64,000 bases of DNA, from the NCBI GenBank assembly GCA_905178155.1, contig CAJINV010000002.1, positions 11,410,591-11,474,590 of the forward strand. Direction: 5' to 3'. This document shows positions 1 through 14,100 of the stretch, piece after piece. The notes beneath the pieces are model-generated. The model did no database searches, had not been told where the DNA came from, and saw only the letters and a list, made by a program, of their open reading frames with translations. The position numbers were made by a program, and so were the translations under genes. Every line of letters starts with the position of its first letter. Within the stretch, counting starts at the first letter, position 1. The DNA is from Amoebophrya sp. A120. Its lineage: Eukaryota; Protista; Dinoflagellata.

Positions 1-29
1 GATTGGGAACAAAGCACGGCGATCGCGTA

Positions 30-1828
30 CTAGAGGCCTGCATCCGCTTGCTCTACTTCTTCTCCATCGAGGTTAGCGACCTCCTCGTCCCTGAAGGATG
101 ATGACATTTTTAACAACGAAGGACTGCCTTCCAGTAGCTGCGAAAGTCGCTCGCTTCGCCGAGGATTCCGATGGCAGGTTTCGGTTTCGGTCACGACATC
201 AACTCCATCTTCGACATCAGTTTCCTCCACAGCCTTCGTGGTCTTTCCTGCTGCAGGGAAGGCGCTTGCGGCGGAAGAACAGGAAGTAGAGCTCGTCGAT
301 TTGGTTGCGCTTATTGCGACAGACAGGGTCGCCGTTGATGGCGGAGATGATGAAGATGTTGATGACCGTGTATTTCTACCCGCGGAAGAAATTAGAGCTT
401 CATCTAGTTCTACACCTTTGCTAGGATCATGATCCAGCAGTCGTCCTTCGGAAATGCTGGCCGAAGAGGACGCGGCGCCGGCTTCGCTGTAAGACGCCAG
501 GAAGAGTCTTTGCCCGACGAGCGTGCTGTCCTGCGTGCCGTCGACGCTATTTGGCGACGTAGGAGAGGAATACCTGAAGTGAGAAAAATCTGCCGACGAC
601 GATCCTACGTGCTGGCGGTCGTGGTGTCCATATTTCTAGGTCGTTCGTATATCCATTATATGCACATTTGGATGTTTTCGAGCATAATCAATGCCGCAGC
701 CGGTAGGCGACTTCCATTCCGATGAATTGATTTGTTCTGACGTGATGGTCCACCAGCAAATTAGTGCATTTTTGGAAGTCGTCACTCAGTAGCCACCCGC
801 CTCGTCGGGACTGACACAAATCAACAGGAAATCCTAGAAGAAGATATCACGTGGTTCACGGAAGTATTTATTCTGTTGTACCCGCCTGTGCTTTTTTTCA
901 GTCGCGACACACTTTTCGGGGACGGGGACACAGAGGTCGCAACCGCGCCAATGTCGCAGATTATCGAGAGGTTAAATCCCCCCTCCCCATATTGAAAAGT
1001 TACGCTTTCAAGAATTTACGTTCTTGGGTTGCTGATTTGCGGCCACAAATCAGATTTGTCTTGCAAGAAGACAAGCGCAACGGCTTCCCTCCGATTATGG
1101 AAGCGAATATGTGGCAACATGCTGTACCTGTAGGGCCTAGAGGGCAGCCATTTGCAATGCTAAACAACTGGACCCAGACGCCCCTACCTAGGCTGGGTAT
1201 CTGGCCTGCTCAATGCCTTACTGCAAGACGGAGCGCATGATTTTGATTTGTGTACGCAAATATACTGAGCGTCAGCGACTCCGTTTCGATATGGGAAGGG
1301 GGCACTTTTCCTTTTGATACAGATCTCTTCTTCTTCTGTCAGACAGCTCAGCAACCCACCACTGACCTCATCCACCTCCACTCCGGCCGATGTTGGGGAT
1401 GGTATCTTGTTCAACCTCATCATGTTCAACATCATGTCGCCTTGCGCCCCTTGTGGTCCCCGATTCGGCTCGCCCGTGCCTCTACTTGCTGCAGCTCCGT
1501 GCATGCTGTCTGGAATAATAATAATTCGCCCCGAAGAAATTCCCTCGGACGAGCAGCTTAATATGGCTTCATCATCTTGTCCTTCGAGAAATTCGTGCAT
1601 GTTCTTCGGTGTGCGCGTCTTGTTCGTGCCGTGGTAGGTACTTTCGCTCGCTCCGCCCGAAGCGCCAGTCGTCGTCTTGTTGGCGCCATTGGGCGAAGTT
1701 CGAAAGCTCCCTGCCGGCGAGGAGCGACGAGAGTCCGAGATGGATGACCCGGCCTTGCTTGTCTGGCTGATCCGTCGGCAGCTGGGTGTCACCAGATGGC
1801 TCGTGGTGGTCGTTGCGGTGGAGGTCAA
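30..1828 (-). CDS. Multi-exon Ser-rich hypothetical protein (5' end uncertain)
   Basis: ORF 1184..1828 (…EEEEIC) joins DIGAVATS… after removing element 962-1319 plus one TSD. A GT-AG intron at 574-881 then joins in frame to ORF 30..230, ending in TAG. Confidence 0.6.
962..1319. mobile_element. Introner/MITE-like element, TIR family A (358 bp), TSD CAGAT
   Basis: cagat|TATCGAGAGGTTAAATCCCCCCTCCCCATATTGAAA…TTTCGATATGGGAAGGGGGCACTTTTCCTTTTGATA|cagat. The interior is homologous to the reverse complement of the 22776-24195 element ends. Confidence 0.9.
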
Positions 1829-2015
1829 AAGGTGATCGTCGTGATCACCTGCTCCTGGTGGAATGTCAAAATTTATATTTATAACTTAACTGTCCTAATC
1901 ATAAATAATGCCAAAGAACTTCTGCAGCGCTAATCACATTTGACTTGCTATCATGTCCATCACGATTGAACTTCTTGCAGTTTTGATTGCACGTGTCTGG
2001 ATCTATGTTGAATTC

Positions 2016-3744
2016 TTATTCTCGCCTTTCGGGAAGGTATTTTATAGATGAAAACGCTGGATTTAGATCGCAGATGTTTAATTCAGTACCATGCAAGGCA
2101 CGCTCTTCTTCCTCTTCGAGGTCGTCGAAGAAGTAGTCGCGCAGGACCCTGTTTTCTTCCACAATGAAGTCCTTATCAAACAGCAGGTCCACCTCGCTTT
2201 CTTCAGTGTCGGAGGCCGCCGTTTCTTCCTCAATAGACCCGCACAACTCCGTCCGTGCTGCACCGCGGTCATCTTCTCTCGTTGTTGAACGCATTTTTCC
2301 TCTCGTCCTTCTTGCAGGATTTTTCAGTAGAACATCTACTTGCATCTTATTTGCGGACGACGAGCTGCTACCTCCACCTGCTCCCGAACTCGTCACTGCG
2401 CTTTTACTTCTTTTTGACGCGCGAGGGGATGTACCGTCCTCTCGAAGCATACTACCTGCAGCTGGGCGCTTGGTCAACATGGTCCCAGATGCAGTAGGGT
2501 CAGACGACGAACTACTGGAGGAACGATCGGAATTTCGTTCTCGTGCCTGAGTCTTGCCGTCTTCATCAGCTCTGTCAACCGAGAGGGATCTTGTTCCTGC
2601 AGCAGCCTTCGCGTCGTCCTCGTGAAGGAAGGCGGCGTGCCTGATCACGGTTAGCATCTCTTGATTGTGCAGCTGCGTGCGCACCAAATTCTTCTCCAGA
2701 TGCTGGATGTAATCCTCCTGCAGTTTGGCGTCGGTCTCCACGCGGCTCACGTATGTGGTCAAGGCCTCCAGCTTCGACTCGAGTAACCCGCACTCTTGGC
2801 GGAGCTGTTGCACCTCCTGCACAAGCTTCTTGGAGTATCCTGTGCACAAGAAGCACCGCACAGTACGCACAAGTTCCTAGTTGACAACAACGTCGCAGCA
2901 AATCACCACTGCGCTTTGCCTTTCACTCTCGTAGGTGAAGACGTTGTTCCTTGCGGCATCTTCGCTTAATATACTTGCAAGCATTCGAAGAACAAACTTA
3001 AAGATAAAGATGCAAAAGCATTCAGACATCTTCCGCATTTTTCGTTGGTAGCGTGTACAAGAATTTGTTCTTGCACGTGCGCGATACAACTTCTGCAATG
3101 CATATGCAAACGGCATCGTACATCTTCACGTTCTCATCTAGAACACAGTTGTCCTGTAACAGATTGCCCATCACCTGCCCGCACAGACTCTGTTCCTCGC
3201 GCTCGATTTGCACTTGACACAGCGGAATGGAACTGGAAGGGGGCACGCCTCTGGATGGAGCTGCGCCAGCACTCGGCTTTCTCCTTTTCGCCTCTTGAAG
3301 ATGCGCATTCTTCTTATTTTTTCGCTCGTCGGCAGTTCTTGTTCTCCCAGCGAAACCAGATGTACTGATCACGCCGGGCTCGTGTTTGCCGTCCAATTCC
3401 AAAGTGCCAGCATCATGTACATGTTCAGCTCCGCCAGCGTTCTTGCCCTCGTCTGCCGCTTCGAGGAGCAAGTGGTCCGGAGGCAAGTGGTCCGGAACAA
3501 GTTGATCATCATTTTCGGGAATGTTTATCAAGTTGTGGCTTCTGTTGTTATTTTCTTGTTGGAGCAAAGTAGCTTCAAAGTAGTCTTCCAGATCCGTGAC
3601 TGCCAGCGCCAGCTCCTCCTCCAGATGGAAGCTCGAAACATGCTGCAAAAGATCCTCATCGTGATCGTCCTGGTGGTGGTCGTCCACGACAAGCAGATGC
3701 TGTGCAGGATGATCCCGACGCAAAACCATGTTCGTCAACGCCAC
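2016..3744 (-). CDS. Hypothetical coiled-coil protein, multi-exon
   Basis: ORFs 3022..3744 and 2016..2870 (KKLVQEVQQLRQECGLLESKLEAL, heptad-like). CAG acceptor near 2840; the intervening exon structure is unresolved. Confidence 0.5.
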
Positions 3745-5563
3745 ACGAATTCAACTTTTGTACACGAGCTTGCCGCGTTCGTGCTGTGTCCTTCTGTCTC
3801 TTTCCACCTGGAGATCCGTCCTTCGCTCCTCTCCGGCTCCGGCTCGGCCTCCTGCTGGTGGTCCTCGGCGTCTTTTTTACGGAGTCTGTCACTCCTTGCA
3901 CAATATAATTCTCTAGCGGTTTTCTACGACTGCATCACAGTGCGAGCCGTGCGCAGCAGCAGAGCAGCCTTGAATTACTTAGAAAAGCGTGCAAGCGTCC
4001 CGCGAGAGCGATAGCTCTCACTGCAGGAAGCTAGAAGCTTGGTCCTCGTCGCCACGGTACGTAGTCTACGACAGTGAGCAGGTTCAAGATATTGCAGACG
4101 AGTTGTGCCCAAAAAAATGATCTCCGAGAGCTCTGCAAGGGCCCGAGGATACCTGTCTCCTCCGAGACTTTACGGCCAAAGACCAGCGCCTGGTAGAGTC
4201 GATCTTGATGATGTCCGGATCCGGAACTTCAACTTCACTTGTCGAAAATAAACGCAGAGTCCTTGACGAAATACGATGACAAATCTTGTGTTGTTCGTGA
4301 ACGGGACGACGTGGTTCCCAACGAAATTAATGAAGCTCAGCAAAGAGTAACAAAGCGACTCTGATCTTATGAAGCCAATGCCAAAGTCAAACTGAAAGCG
4401 AACAGTCAACAGATAGAATACGTATACGAATAGAAAATAAGGATGCCAAGTACGCCCGTGATTACTTTATTGAAGGCTTAGTAGTATAAATCACATAGTA
4501 CTTTTGAAACGGACGCTACCTGCGCCATCTGCCACGCTTAGCGATAGTACTTTACGATTATCTTCATTGATACGCGCTACAACAACTCTACCCTTCGCCT
4601 TCCTAGCTACTTCTATTATGGGCTAATACCAACACCTCTTGCGTTATTTCTACAACTGAGCACACTCATCAAGAAAGCAACTAAATACCACCAGCTCGTC
4701 TTTCGTTTCCTCAGCTTCTGGCTCCCAGCCTTTGTCCACTTTCAACTCTGACGGGGTTTTTTGGCTAAGAACAAGAGAGGGAGTTCCAGGCAAGAAGCAG
4801 GCATTGCTACTTACGTAGGACGCACGAACGCGAACACTTGCTCCAACCATGAGACCACAACTCTCCTGTGGCGATCCTTGAGCGTGGTAAAGTCAGCACC
4901 GCAGGGCACAATAGATCGCGGGATGTCCTACCCCAGGTTGTAGAGAAACCGTATGTTCTTCATCTCCTGCATTTATGGTCAATTATACCAAAACTAACAT
5001 CGGAAAAAACTTTGATTTTTTATTACACTAGGTTGTAGTTCCTTCAACGAGAGAGAAAAGCAAAAATTTCCGCAAGAATATTGACCCAGCGCGGGCGAGG
5101 CAGAGTGAGTGTAGTTTCCAGCTTCGTCAGCAGACCAAAATTTCTGACTAGGAACATACAGTAATCGTAATAATCCGGAGAAGGTTCTGGTTCACTACTA
5201 ACTGCACCCAAATAAAAAACGTTGTAAGTGCTGAATCATGTAAATTCTCAGGAGAACAATTTCATCGCACTTTGACTTTTCTATCCGGTTTGCAAAATCA
5301 TCGAAAAACAGTGGAGTTTTTGTTTTTCAACTTCATATGATTCATATCACATCTTGTTCGCCTTCTGGTTTTTCTAGTACACTCAAACTGTTGCCGCGGC
5401 TCAAAAATATTCCTGTTGATCGTCCAGCTCCACATTTATGCATCAATGTCCTTGTCCACAGATATTCTTCACCCGGCGGTAGAGGACTGCATCTATCAAT
5501 ATCTTGATGTCCGGTACTCCTCTCCTGTCGTTCCTGCTATAACCCGACACTAGTGACCACCGT

Positions 5564-8500
5564 TCATGCCCCTGCCGAGAGTGCTGTCTTTCCAAACTTG
5601 TTTTCGATGTAGCGATGTGCAAGATCCAATTCCTTACCACTTGCGCTGGCCCGCCGCACCTCCTGCATATCCACGATCTGCCTTCCACGCGTGCTTGCTG
5701 AGCCTCCAGAGAACAATCCACGCGAGGAATTGGCAACAGAGCCAGCACGAGAAGTTCTGGTGCCGTCACGCAATTTGTCGAACGACAGGACCGATGATGA
5801 CCCACCAAGACCTTCAACATATTATCGAAAATAGAGCTCGAGTAGTTCGTATTTTTGTTGTTCTAACAGCCACGTAACTATGAAATGAAGATGCACTTGC
5901 GGTTCGTAGGAACATTTGAAAATTGAGCTCGAATCTGATGCTGGTTTTGCTTTTCATGCACCTGCTCGGCGTCCAGATATAGAAAAGTGAAAAAAAAAAA
6001 CTTTTATTATATTGGCAAGAATTACTGTAGTGCCCCCTGCTCCCATCCTCCTCCAGACCTTCCTTGACGCTCCGGCATTCGATGCCCGGCGTCTTACTGT
6101 CGTCCGGCCCGCCGAACAGTGGACCCTGCGAGCTACCGGGGCAAATGATTTCGCGGCAGAAGTACAGCAGTATGGGGCTGATAGTCGAGCAGAGCCCCAC
6201 CAAAAGCCACATAATCTCGCCCCCATGGGAGGACGCCGCGCCGGCCGATGTCGCTGCCGGTCCTGCAAGAAGTAGATGTTGTATATTATGGGCGTCCTGT
6301 CGTGTTGCAAGTGCTGTACTTGACGCAGGAGCGCTAGGTGCTGTATTTGCAGGACTTACGCCCAGGTGTTCCGAAGCTCCAGAGACCGACGCAGTCGCAG
6401 CCCTGCTTCCGATTACTAGTCCGACTTGTCCTGGTCTAGTCTGCTCAACTCCGGACGACATTATACCTACCGGAGCAGATGAAGTCGGCGGTGGACAGAA
6501 GGTCTCCAGTAGGTAGCCCGAGAAGCTGCCCGCGAGGAGGGTGGCGCAGAAGGTCGGCATGTTTGCGAGCGCGGTGTAGGTTCCCTCTTTGCCCGGCGCC
6601 GCCACCCGCATCGTATACTCGTACAGCCGCGGGCTCCAGCACGCTTCGCCGACGGCCAACGTGGAGATGAAAAAGATAGCGTTCCAGTACTGGTGCCCCA
6701 TGGCGAGCCAGAACGGCGCGAGCGCGGACAGAAAACTGCCAATCACGATCATGTTCAAACTCGTGATCCGGTTTGCGGTCAACACGGAGATCGTCGGCAC
6801 CAGCACCAGGATCAGCAAGGGGTCCAGCGCAATCACCGACCCGTAGAGCGCGTCGGGGCCCAGCTCGCGGAGCATGTACTTCGGAAAAAGAGCGTCCAGG
6901 TACCGAAAAATAACTCGAACCCCGACAAGGATGCAGACGAGGAGGAAAAACCGCCAAAAGTCCGGGCTGCGAAACACGTCCTGGTACAGCGACAGGGGCG
7001 ACGCGACCGACGTGGGAGAAGTGGGGGCGCATTTGTTGGTGCTCGTCCCTGCTGCTCCTGTAGTGATGACAAAAGGGTAGTAGCTCTTGTTGCGCATCAC
7101 GTTATTTCTCAGCTCGAGAGGCCGTGCGGCAAACGTGGAAGGTCCACTTCCGTCAATTCGTAGGGCTACGTGAAGACCCGCTTCGCCGTGTGAAGATGGA
7201 ATTTTCAGATTCTGTCTGATCTGCTCAGCATCACCATGATGATCGTCACCACCTATTGGCACTCCCGTGCCACGGCGTTGCCGCGATATTTGATCCGGGG
7301 TGCAGCTACCAGGAGAAACTGAGACCTGTGAACAGGTTCACGTTCAGCTTCAGGTGGAAGAGGAACAGGAAAAGGATGAAAAATTGGAAAAAATAAAATA
7401 AAAGCGAAAAATCTGTGTGGCATTTTAATTTTTTCCTGAGCTTTACTTTTCTACTCTTCTGCTAGAGGCACTTCTACCCAATGATCTTCTAGATAACAAG
7501 TACTAGATATGTGGTATTGGATTTACAGTGTTCTTCTTTCGCGTGGAGTTGCTGGTGCCGCCGATGGAGTAAAGGTCTTTCGACGTGCTCTGCATAAAAC
7601 TGTCCGCGTAGAAGCTCGGCGACGACACTGGGCTCCGAAAATCTGCCTCCTCCATTTCGATGGCACCGGAAGTAGAGCTAAGCATCATAGGGGACAGCCG
7701 GTTTCTGGAAGCGTGCGAGGAGGCAGACGAGGAACTGGTGCAAGAACTGGATGCCGGTCTATCAGTAGATGCTGCTGTCGGACGAGAAGTACAACTAGAT
7801 GAACTTGAAGAGGAAGAACATGGCGTTAGCAAACCCGCAAGTTCCTCTTCAATAGCTGCGGAGGAAGGCACATTCCTTCTGCGATCCTCATCCCGACAGA
7901 GTGGGGTGCTCGCTGCGCCTTCTACAGACACGGTTGCACGCAGCTCGTGTGCTGGAGTTGCATTTGTCAGTGGAGACGATTTTGCTTTCTTACCCGGTTG
8001 CGGAGCGGCTCTACTTCTGCTAGCGTTTTTAACCAACGGAGTTCTTGATGCTGCACCTTCAGCTAGGCCAATGATATCTGAAAATCTTTTCGCGGTATTT
8101 TGCCGATTTTTTTGCAGATCGAGAACTTTATCTTCATGACCCTGGTAGCTGCCACCGGAGTGGTGAAGGTCTTCTACTTGCTGCTCGATGAGCGTTCCGT
8201 CCGGGAGCATTTCCACGTCGCGTAGGAGCGTCAAGGCGACAAACATGCTGAAAAACGTCACGACCGCGCCGGAAAGAATCAACAGGCGGAAAGCGCTAAT
8301 TGTTGGAGTGAAACCCCCGTCGAGGTTAGCAGCTACAGATGGTGATACAACTTGCGCGGGGTCCATGGTGATACTCGCAGGAGTCGCGTACGACGAACCG
8401 CTCGAGGACGCACTGTGAAAAACGCCGGTTGTGGTTGTCGGCAGACTCCTCGTCAGCCGTGTGAAGTAGGAGGGCAGCAGATTCAGCTTCAGTCCCTGGT

Positions 8501-9448
8501 GCTCGGGCCACTGCGAGCGAAACGCGTCCACGGCCGGCGCCGCCGTTATGGCGGCCAGGTTCATGATCACGTAGAAACAGCTATAGGCCAGCACCCGGTC
8601 CTGCTCCTTTGTCAAACGCTTGATGGCAATCTGGAGGACCGGGACGCCAAGCGAGCACCCGATCGGCATGGAGACGAACAGCAAGAAGAAGAGGAAATGG
8701 AGGTTGGTCACGAACACCAGCGCCATCCGGCTGAGGAAAAGAACCATCATGCCGAAGGTGACGCTCCACTTCACGCCGATCATGTCGATCACGGTTCCCA
8801 TCAGAAACCCGTACACGGAAATCAACATGCCGTGGATCCCGTACACCACCCCGGCAGTTTCGTCGGACAGCTGGAACTCGTCGCTGAGGAACAGGATGAG
8901 CACATAGGAGAGAGCGATATGCATTGCAAAAGTATCGTACTCGTACTGATCAGGGCGTTTATGCATTACTTTATGAAAGGCAAATCCGCATTACAAATTT
9001 AATTTGTAATCATGCTAGGTGAATTTGTAACGCAATTTATACTCGTACGATACTTTTGCACAGAATAAGCGAAGTAGGAGTACGATTCGAGGTACTTCAG
9101 AACAAACACGAACCACAAGTCCTTGGGTGCAGAGTACAGAAACGAGGTCAGGGAAGATGAACTAGAAGTGCCGCAAGAAGGTCTACTAGTACTAGAGCAG
9201 CCCCCCGGGGGAAGATGCAGGTGGTTTTGCGGTTGATCAAACGAAGCAGGAGGCCCACCTGCGCTTTGATTTGTACTTCCGCGATGAAGTTTGTCGGGCG
9301 GTAACGCGCCGTCGTCTCGGTAGGTCGTGTGTCGTCCGCTCATCATGATGTTGTTTTCCTTCGAGCGGTCGATTCCCACCTCCCCGTGTCGACGGTCAAT
9401 TTGTCGTCTCGGCAATCGTGAGGAGCCACGCCCCAACGACAAGACCAC
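5564..9448 (-). CDS. MFS transporter, POT/PTR-like, with a large low-complexity central loop
   Basis: Spliced N-terminus KYLESYSYFA|LSYVLILFLSDEF, then GTVIDMIG, YSCFYVIMNLAA, GEACWSPRLYEY, APGKEGTY and many TM segments. Uses ORFs 8999..9448, 7503..8966, 5814..7262 and 5564..5773 with one introner and GT-AG introns; start codon uncertain. Confidence 0.85.
8918..9067. mobile_element. Introner/MITE-like element, TIR family D (150 bp), TSD AGCGA
   Basis: agcga|TATGCATTGCAAAAGTATCGTAC…GTACGATACTTTTGCACAGAATA|agcga. Removal restores transporter TM1. Confidence 0.9.
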
Positions 9449-11173
9449 GGAGCAAATCTAAAATTTTGGTGATCATGATCATTTTCTGTACCTGTACTAT
9501 CCCTGCTCTCGCCCCATTGTGCAACTCAAATTTATCCTCGCCAAAGACAACGTCTACTCACGCTCGACGTCCGCTCCGGCTTTACCGACTTCTTTTGCTT
9601 TTGTCCACTCCTCTGGCACTAGAGTTGATCCGACTCTAGAGGTCTCAGCTTACAACATGAACACTCTTGTCCGAGCTTTTCGTTCGAAAAGCCATAGCCA
9701 ACACTAACAACAGACTCAATGTCACCACGCAGCAAAAAGAAATAAAACAAAAGTCTTCACAGGCACCGGCACGACAAGAAATGCATATTTTCGTTCCTTG
9801 TAGTTGGTGTCCTTTGTCGTTTTGTCGCCACAGGAACTCAGATTAAAAATGCGTTTCGAATTTAATAATACGTGACTGATTTTTACACTGATGCGTGACA
9901 GCGTGAGAGAGAAAGCATGCCTTCAAAGTCAAGAATCCGCGCACTAGTGAGGTTTAAAGTAATTGTAATGAATTAAATCAGCCACCACGATACGCAATCA
10001 ACTTCGCAAAAACCCAAAACTACTAGTGCGTATTCTGCGTCGTCAATCAGAGTAATCGGAAATTGATTGCCTTTTATCAATCCTCGTTCCTGCTTCCTTC
10101 TCCGATCCGAGTCCACACAATGCATCGGTCAGGAGTCCCACTCCCAGGTGTGCGTCCTTCCCCGCAAGCTTTGCCTGCGTCCTGACTGCTCTACTAACTA
10201 TGTCGACTTTTTAGAAACGATTGCGATTGGTGGTCAAGTAGAGATTAGTTTGTGCTGCAGATGACATTTTTTCAACCTTCATCACGATATTATGGCATAG
10301 AAATAGATGTTTATTGTTAGCTGTAGTAGTGATGATTTCGTTATACAACTTCGTATTGTAATGCTGATACTCTTACTCTTTCAAGAAACATACTACAAAG
10401 TATAGAGCTGGTGTTTAATTTTAGTGCAATGATGTTTGCGTTTCCAGATTTTCACATGAGTTGGCCTTTAAACCTGTCAAAGTCTTGTGATTGTTACGTT
10501 ACCTTGACTCAAAAGGGAGGACAAAGGAAGTCACTCCTGTAGTTCCACTGTAAGCCGTCAAGAAGAAACAAGCTAAACAAACTCTAACTCATTAGATCGT
10601 CTACTGGAGCCTTCTATCAGTGGCGAAAAAGTAGCTCGCTCCAGTGTTTTACTTTTTTTAGGCAATAAAGGCAAACAAAAACTCTTAAATTTCTTCAATT
10701 TGTCCAGACTGCGACGGCGATAGTCGTAGCAGTTTTTTTATCGCGAGCGGATGCTTGGAAAACCCTAGATGACCCTGACCCTACCTTATGACATAGTCCT
10801 AAACCCTGATGGTGTAAAGAATTCTCTGCTCCACTTGAGCACTTGTAAGGTATTGCATATTATTTTTGTTTGATTTTTTGTTTTTCGATGTTTTTTGTGT
10901 TTTTGTATTTTTGCGAGCGTCTGCTATTTTTTTTTTGTGCATATAGCAAAAAAGTAGTTGTGCACAATGTGCATGAAAAAGAACAGGAGAATGCACATAA
11001 TTCTATGAAATCTTCTGAAAGATGAAAATGCCCTACGAAAACGATGTGTAATCATGTTAAAAACAAACAAGTTTTGAAAGTGAACGTAAAAAAGTACAAT
11101 TTTTTTTTTCGGTGTCCGTCTCCGTTGACATCCTTCCTAGAGATAGAGTTGGAGAATATTATACCGATAAAAT

Positions 11174-14100
11174 TTAGTAGTGTTTGCTACTCACCCCATT
11201 GTAGTAGTTGCTGTTGGCGTTGTAGTAATTCCCGCTACTGCCTCCGTTGTTGTAGTAGGAGTTGTTAGTTCCACCACCAGCACCACCGTTGTAGCGTTTG
11301 TAGTTGTATCGCGAGCCCGCTGGCGCTCCGCCTTTGCCGCGGGACTTCGATTTTTTGCGCGAATTCGGGTCGGAACTCCGTGCGTGGTTGGCGTTGCTGT
11401 CGTCGTTGGCGTTTTTCAATTCGCCAAGGTCGGCCGCCACGTTGTGGCTCGAGACGTGCCGCGCGACCGGCTGCAGCGCGCGCTGCGCCCCGTCTTCGTC
11501 CACAATGATGGTCGCGTGCTCCTTTTCGTGGTCCACAACAGCACTGCCCTCCCGTTTTTGAACTATCCGTCCGGCAGCACGACGGGGCGTCCGCGAACCT
11601 CCTCCTGAGGTGTTCCGCTTGGTTTTTTTCATCTGCGTGGTCCAGTCGACTGCTGCAGCAGGGGGACCGGATTCAGCTGCAGGTTTCGGCCGACGCTCAA
11701 CCGAAATGTTATTCCCATCCACGTCAATCGCACTCTTCACCGCCGAAAAGGCTGCCGGTGGTTCCAGGCTGCGCGCCTCGGACACAACGGACAAAATTTC
11801 GTCAGAGTTCGGCTCCGGGTACAGCAGCATGTCGTCCTTGGTCGTCTTCCGCGCGGCCGCGGCCTCGTCCGAGGAGGACGGAACAACGAGCGTATCGTGG
11901 TTGCTGGAGGACGAGCAGCTGGTGCCGGAAGTAGAACAAGAGGGCGTGCGCGTCGAGCGCTGGCGTTGACCAAGAGAACTACGCGCTGCGTTCTTTTTGC
12001 TGTTGATCTTTTCCGCTTCGACCGCTTTCTCCTGCTCCGCGTCTTGGACAAGCAGCGCCGCGGTGTTTACCTGCAACAGAAACTCGTCGATCTTCTCATC
12101 GTCCCAGACCGTTGCGCCACGCTTCGACGCGGCCCCAGGGGTGGACGCAGAATTGTTTTGTTCCGAGTCCGTAGCGTTTTCGCTGTGGATTTGGAACCGC
12201 TCGATCTCAGACGCGCTGTCGTTGTGGATCTTGAAGCGCAGCACAGGCTGATTGTTCCCTGTAGTCGATCTCCCGCCGCCGGCGCGCTTCTTCCAGTCCC
12301 CCGTTGCGGTCTGGCTCTCGACGCCTTCTGGTCCTCGGGCTACAGCTGCACCGTGAAGATCGTCCTCGGAATTCGTCTTCGGCGCTTCCTTGTCCGACTC
12401 GCTTTTCACCGGTTTCAGCATGCTGGAGAAACCGCTCGTCTTCGGTGTCGGCATGCCGATCACGGAGCTGGCCGCGGACGTGGTGCCGGAGCTCGACCAG
12501 TGGGCTGTGAACGCGCGCAGCGACTCGCGGAAGTGCGACCCCTCGAGGAAGGTCGCTGCGGGACGACGCGAGGTGCTGGAGCCCGCTTCTTCCGGCGCTG
12601 CTCCCTCCGCAGACAACGGAACTACAGAGTCAACCGTTTCATCTTGTTGCTGCTCTTGCACCGGAGGCAGCTGCCGGTTCGCGAATTCGTCGGAGGAAGA
12701 GGACACCTCCCGCGAGGACGAGCTGTTGTCCGAAGTGGAGGAGTACCGGCCACTGCCGGAACCCGAAGACGCCATGGTGGTCTGCGTCGCCAGCGCGCGG
12801 GACTTGCGGTAAATGGGTTTCTTCCCTGTCACCAGCGCGGACACGCCGCGCACAGCCTCCTGCTGCACCGAATGATCTCCACCACTGTTCGACGACGACA
12901 CCGCGGACTGCGTTTCCTCGAGGCCGGAGGACGAGTTGCACAGGAAGGGCACGGCCTCCGCGCCGTCGCAGGTAGATGCGGCTGCACTCGAAAAATCATG
13001 CTGCTCCGCCTCCGGGTCCGAGGCCATGATATCCTTCTTCCGCAGGTTCCAGCTCCCGCGCAGGTGCATCGAAGGATTCAGGTGGATGTGGATCGGCGCT
13101 GGGGGCGCGTTTTGGTTTTGCTCCACAGCGCCGTGGCCCACCGCTGGTCGTGTAGTGCCGGCTGCTCCTGCGCCGCTGCTGATGAAGTTCCCGATCTTTT
13201 TGACGGGAACAAGTCGCGCCATGTCCTGACGCTGCACGAACTCGTTGCCCGACATGCGGACGGACTTCGGCGAGAAAGCGAAGTGGTGCATGGTGAACAT
13301 GCCCGCGGGGATTTGCATGAACGGGGTGACAATCAGCGGCGACTGCACGAACATGTCCTGCATCACGCGGTAGCCGAGGTGCAGGCGGGACCCGAAGGAC
13401 AGTTCCCCCGACGACCAGGCGTCCGTGTGCACGAAGTACGTCTTGCGCGTGTACCGCAGCTGGTTGCTCAACCCCGGCACCATCTGCGCCGCGGGGGTGA
13501 TGGTGTCGCGGAAAAGCAGCTTGCACTGTTCTTTCGCCCGCTGGAACACGGTGGATTTGTTGCTTCTCCCGCCTTTATTCAAGTTGTTCAGCAGCTCCTC
13601 CACGTCCTCCGGCCGCACGACGGGGACCGCGTTGGTCTTGCGCGTGCACAGCGGATGGTAGCGGCCCTGCGCCGCCTGGACGGCGATGCTGGCGCCAATG
13701 ATGACGGACAGGTTCATCATGATCACGACGTACAGAGCCAAAAACCCGAAAATCATCAGCGGTAAGGGCTGTGCGGGCTCGCGTCCGGATTCGAGGAGCG
13801 GAAGTTGCAACAAAAGGTACACACAGAAGAGCGACTCCAGCAACCCGGGACTGCAACCCCCGCTGACGGAGACGTTCATCAAGTACTGGTACTTCCAGAA
13901 CAGCGTGAAGCGGGTGAGCATCATGGAAGAAGCCGCGGAGACACGATCCGTGAACAACTTCTGCTTCTGCTTGTGGGCGGGCGCAGTTGTACCTTCTTCC
14001 TTCTCCACCCGGTACAGGTGCGCGTCCTCCGATGCTTCGTACTCGTCGGACTCGACGCCGTCGTCGGAGTAGACCGCGCTGCTGTACTGCGAGAGGCTGC

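Noticed and set aside
620-855. Possible additional TIR element (CGTGGT direct repeat, TTCTAGG/CCTAGAA)
   Set aside because: It has no TAT…ATA ends with a matching 5-bp TSD, and a canonical GT-AG intron at 574-881 restores the frame.
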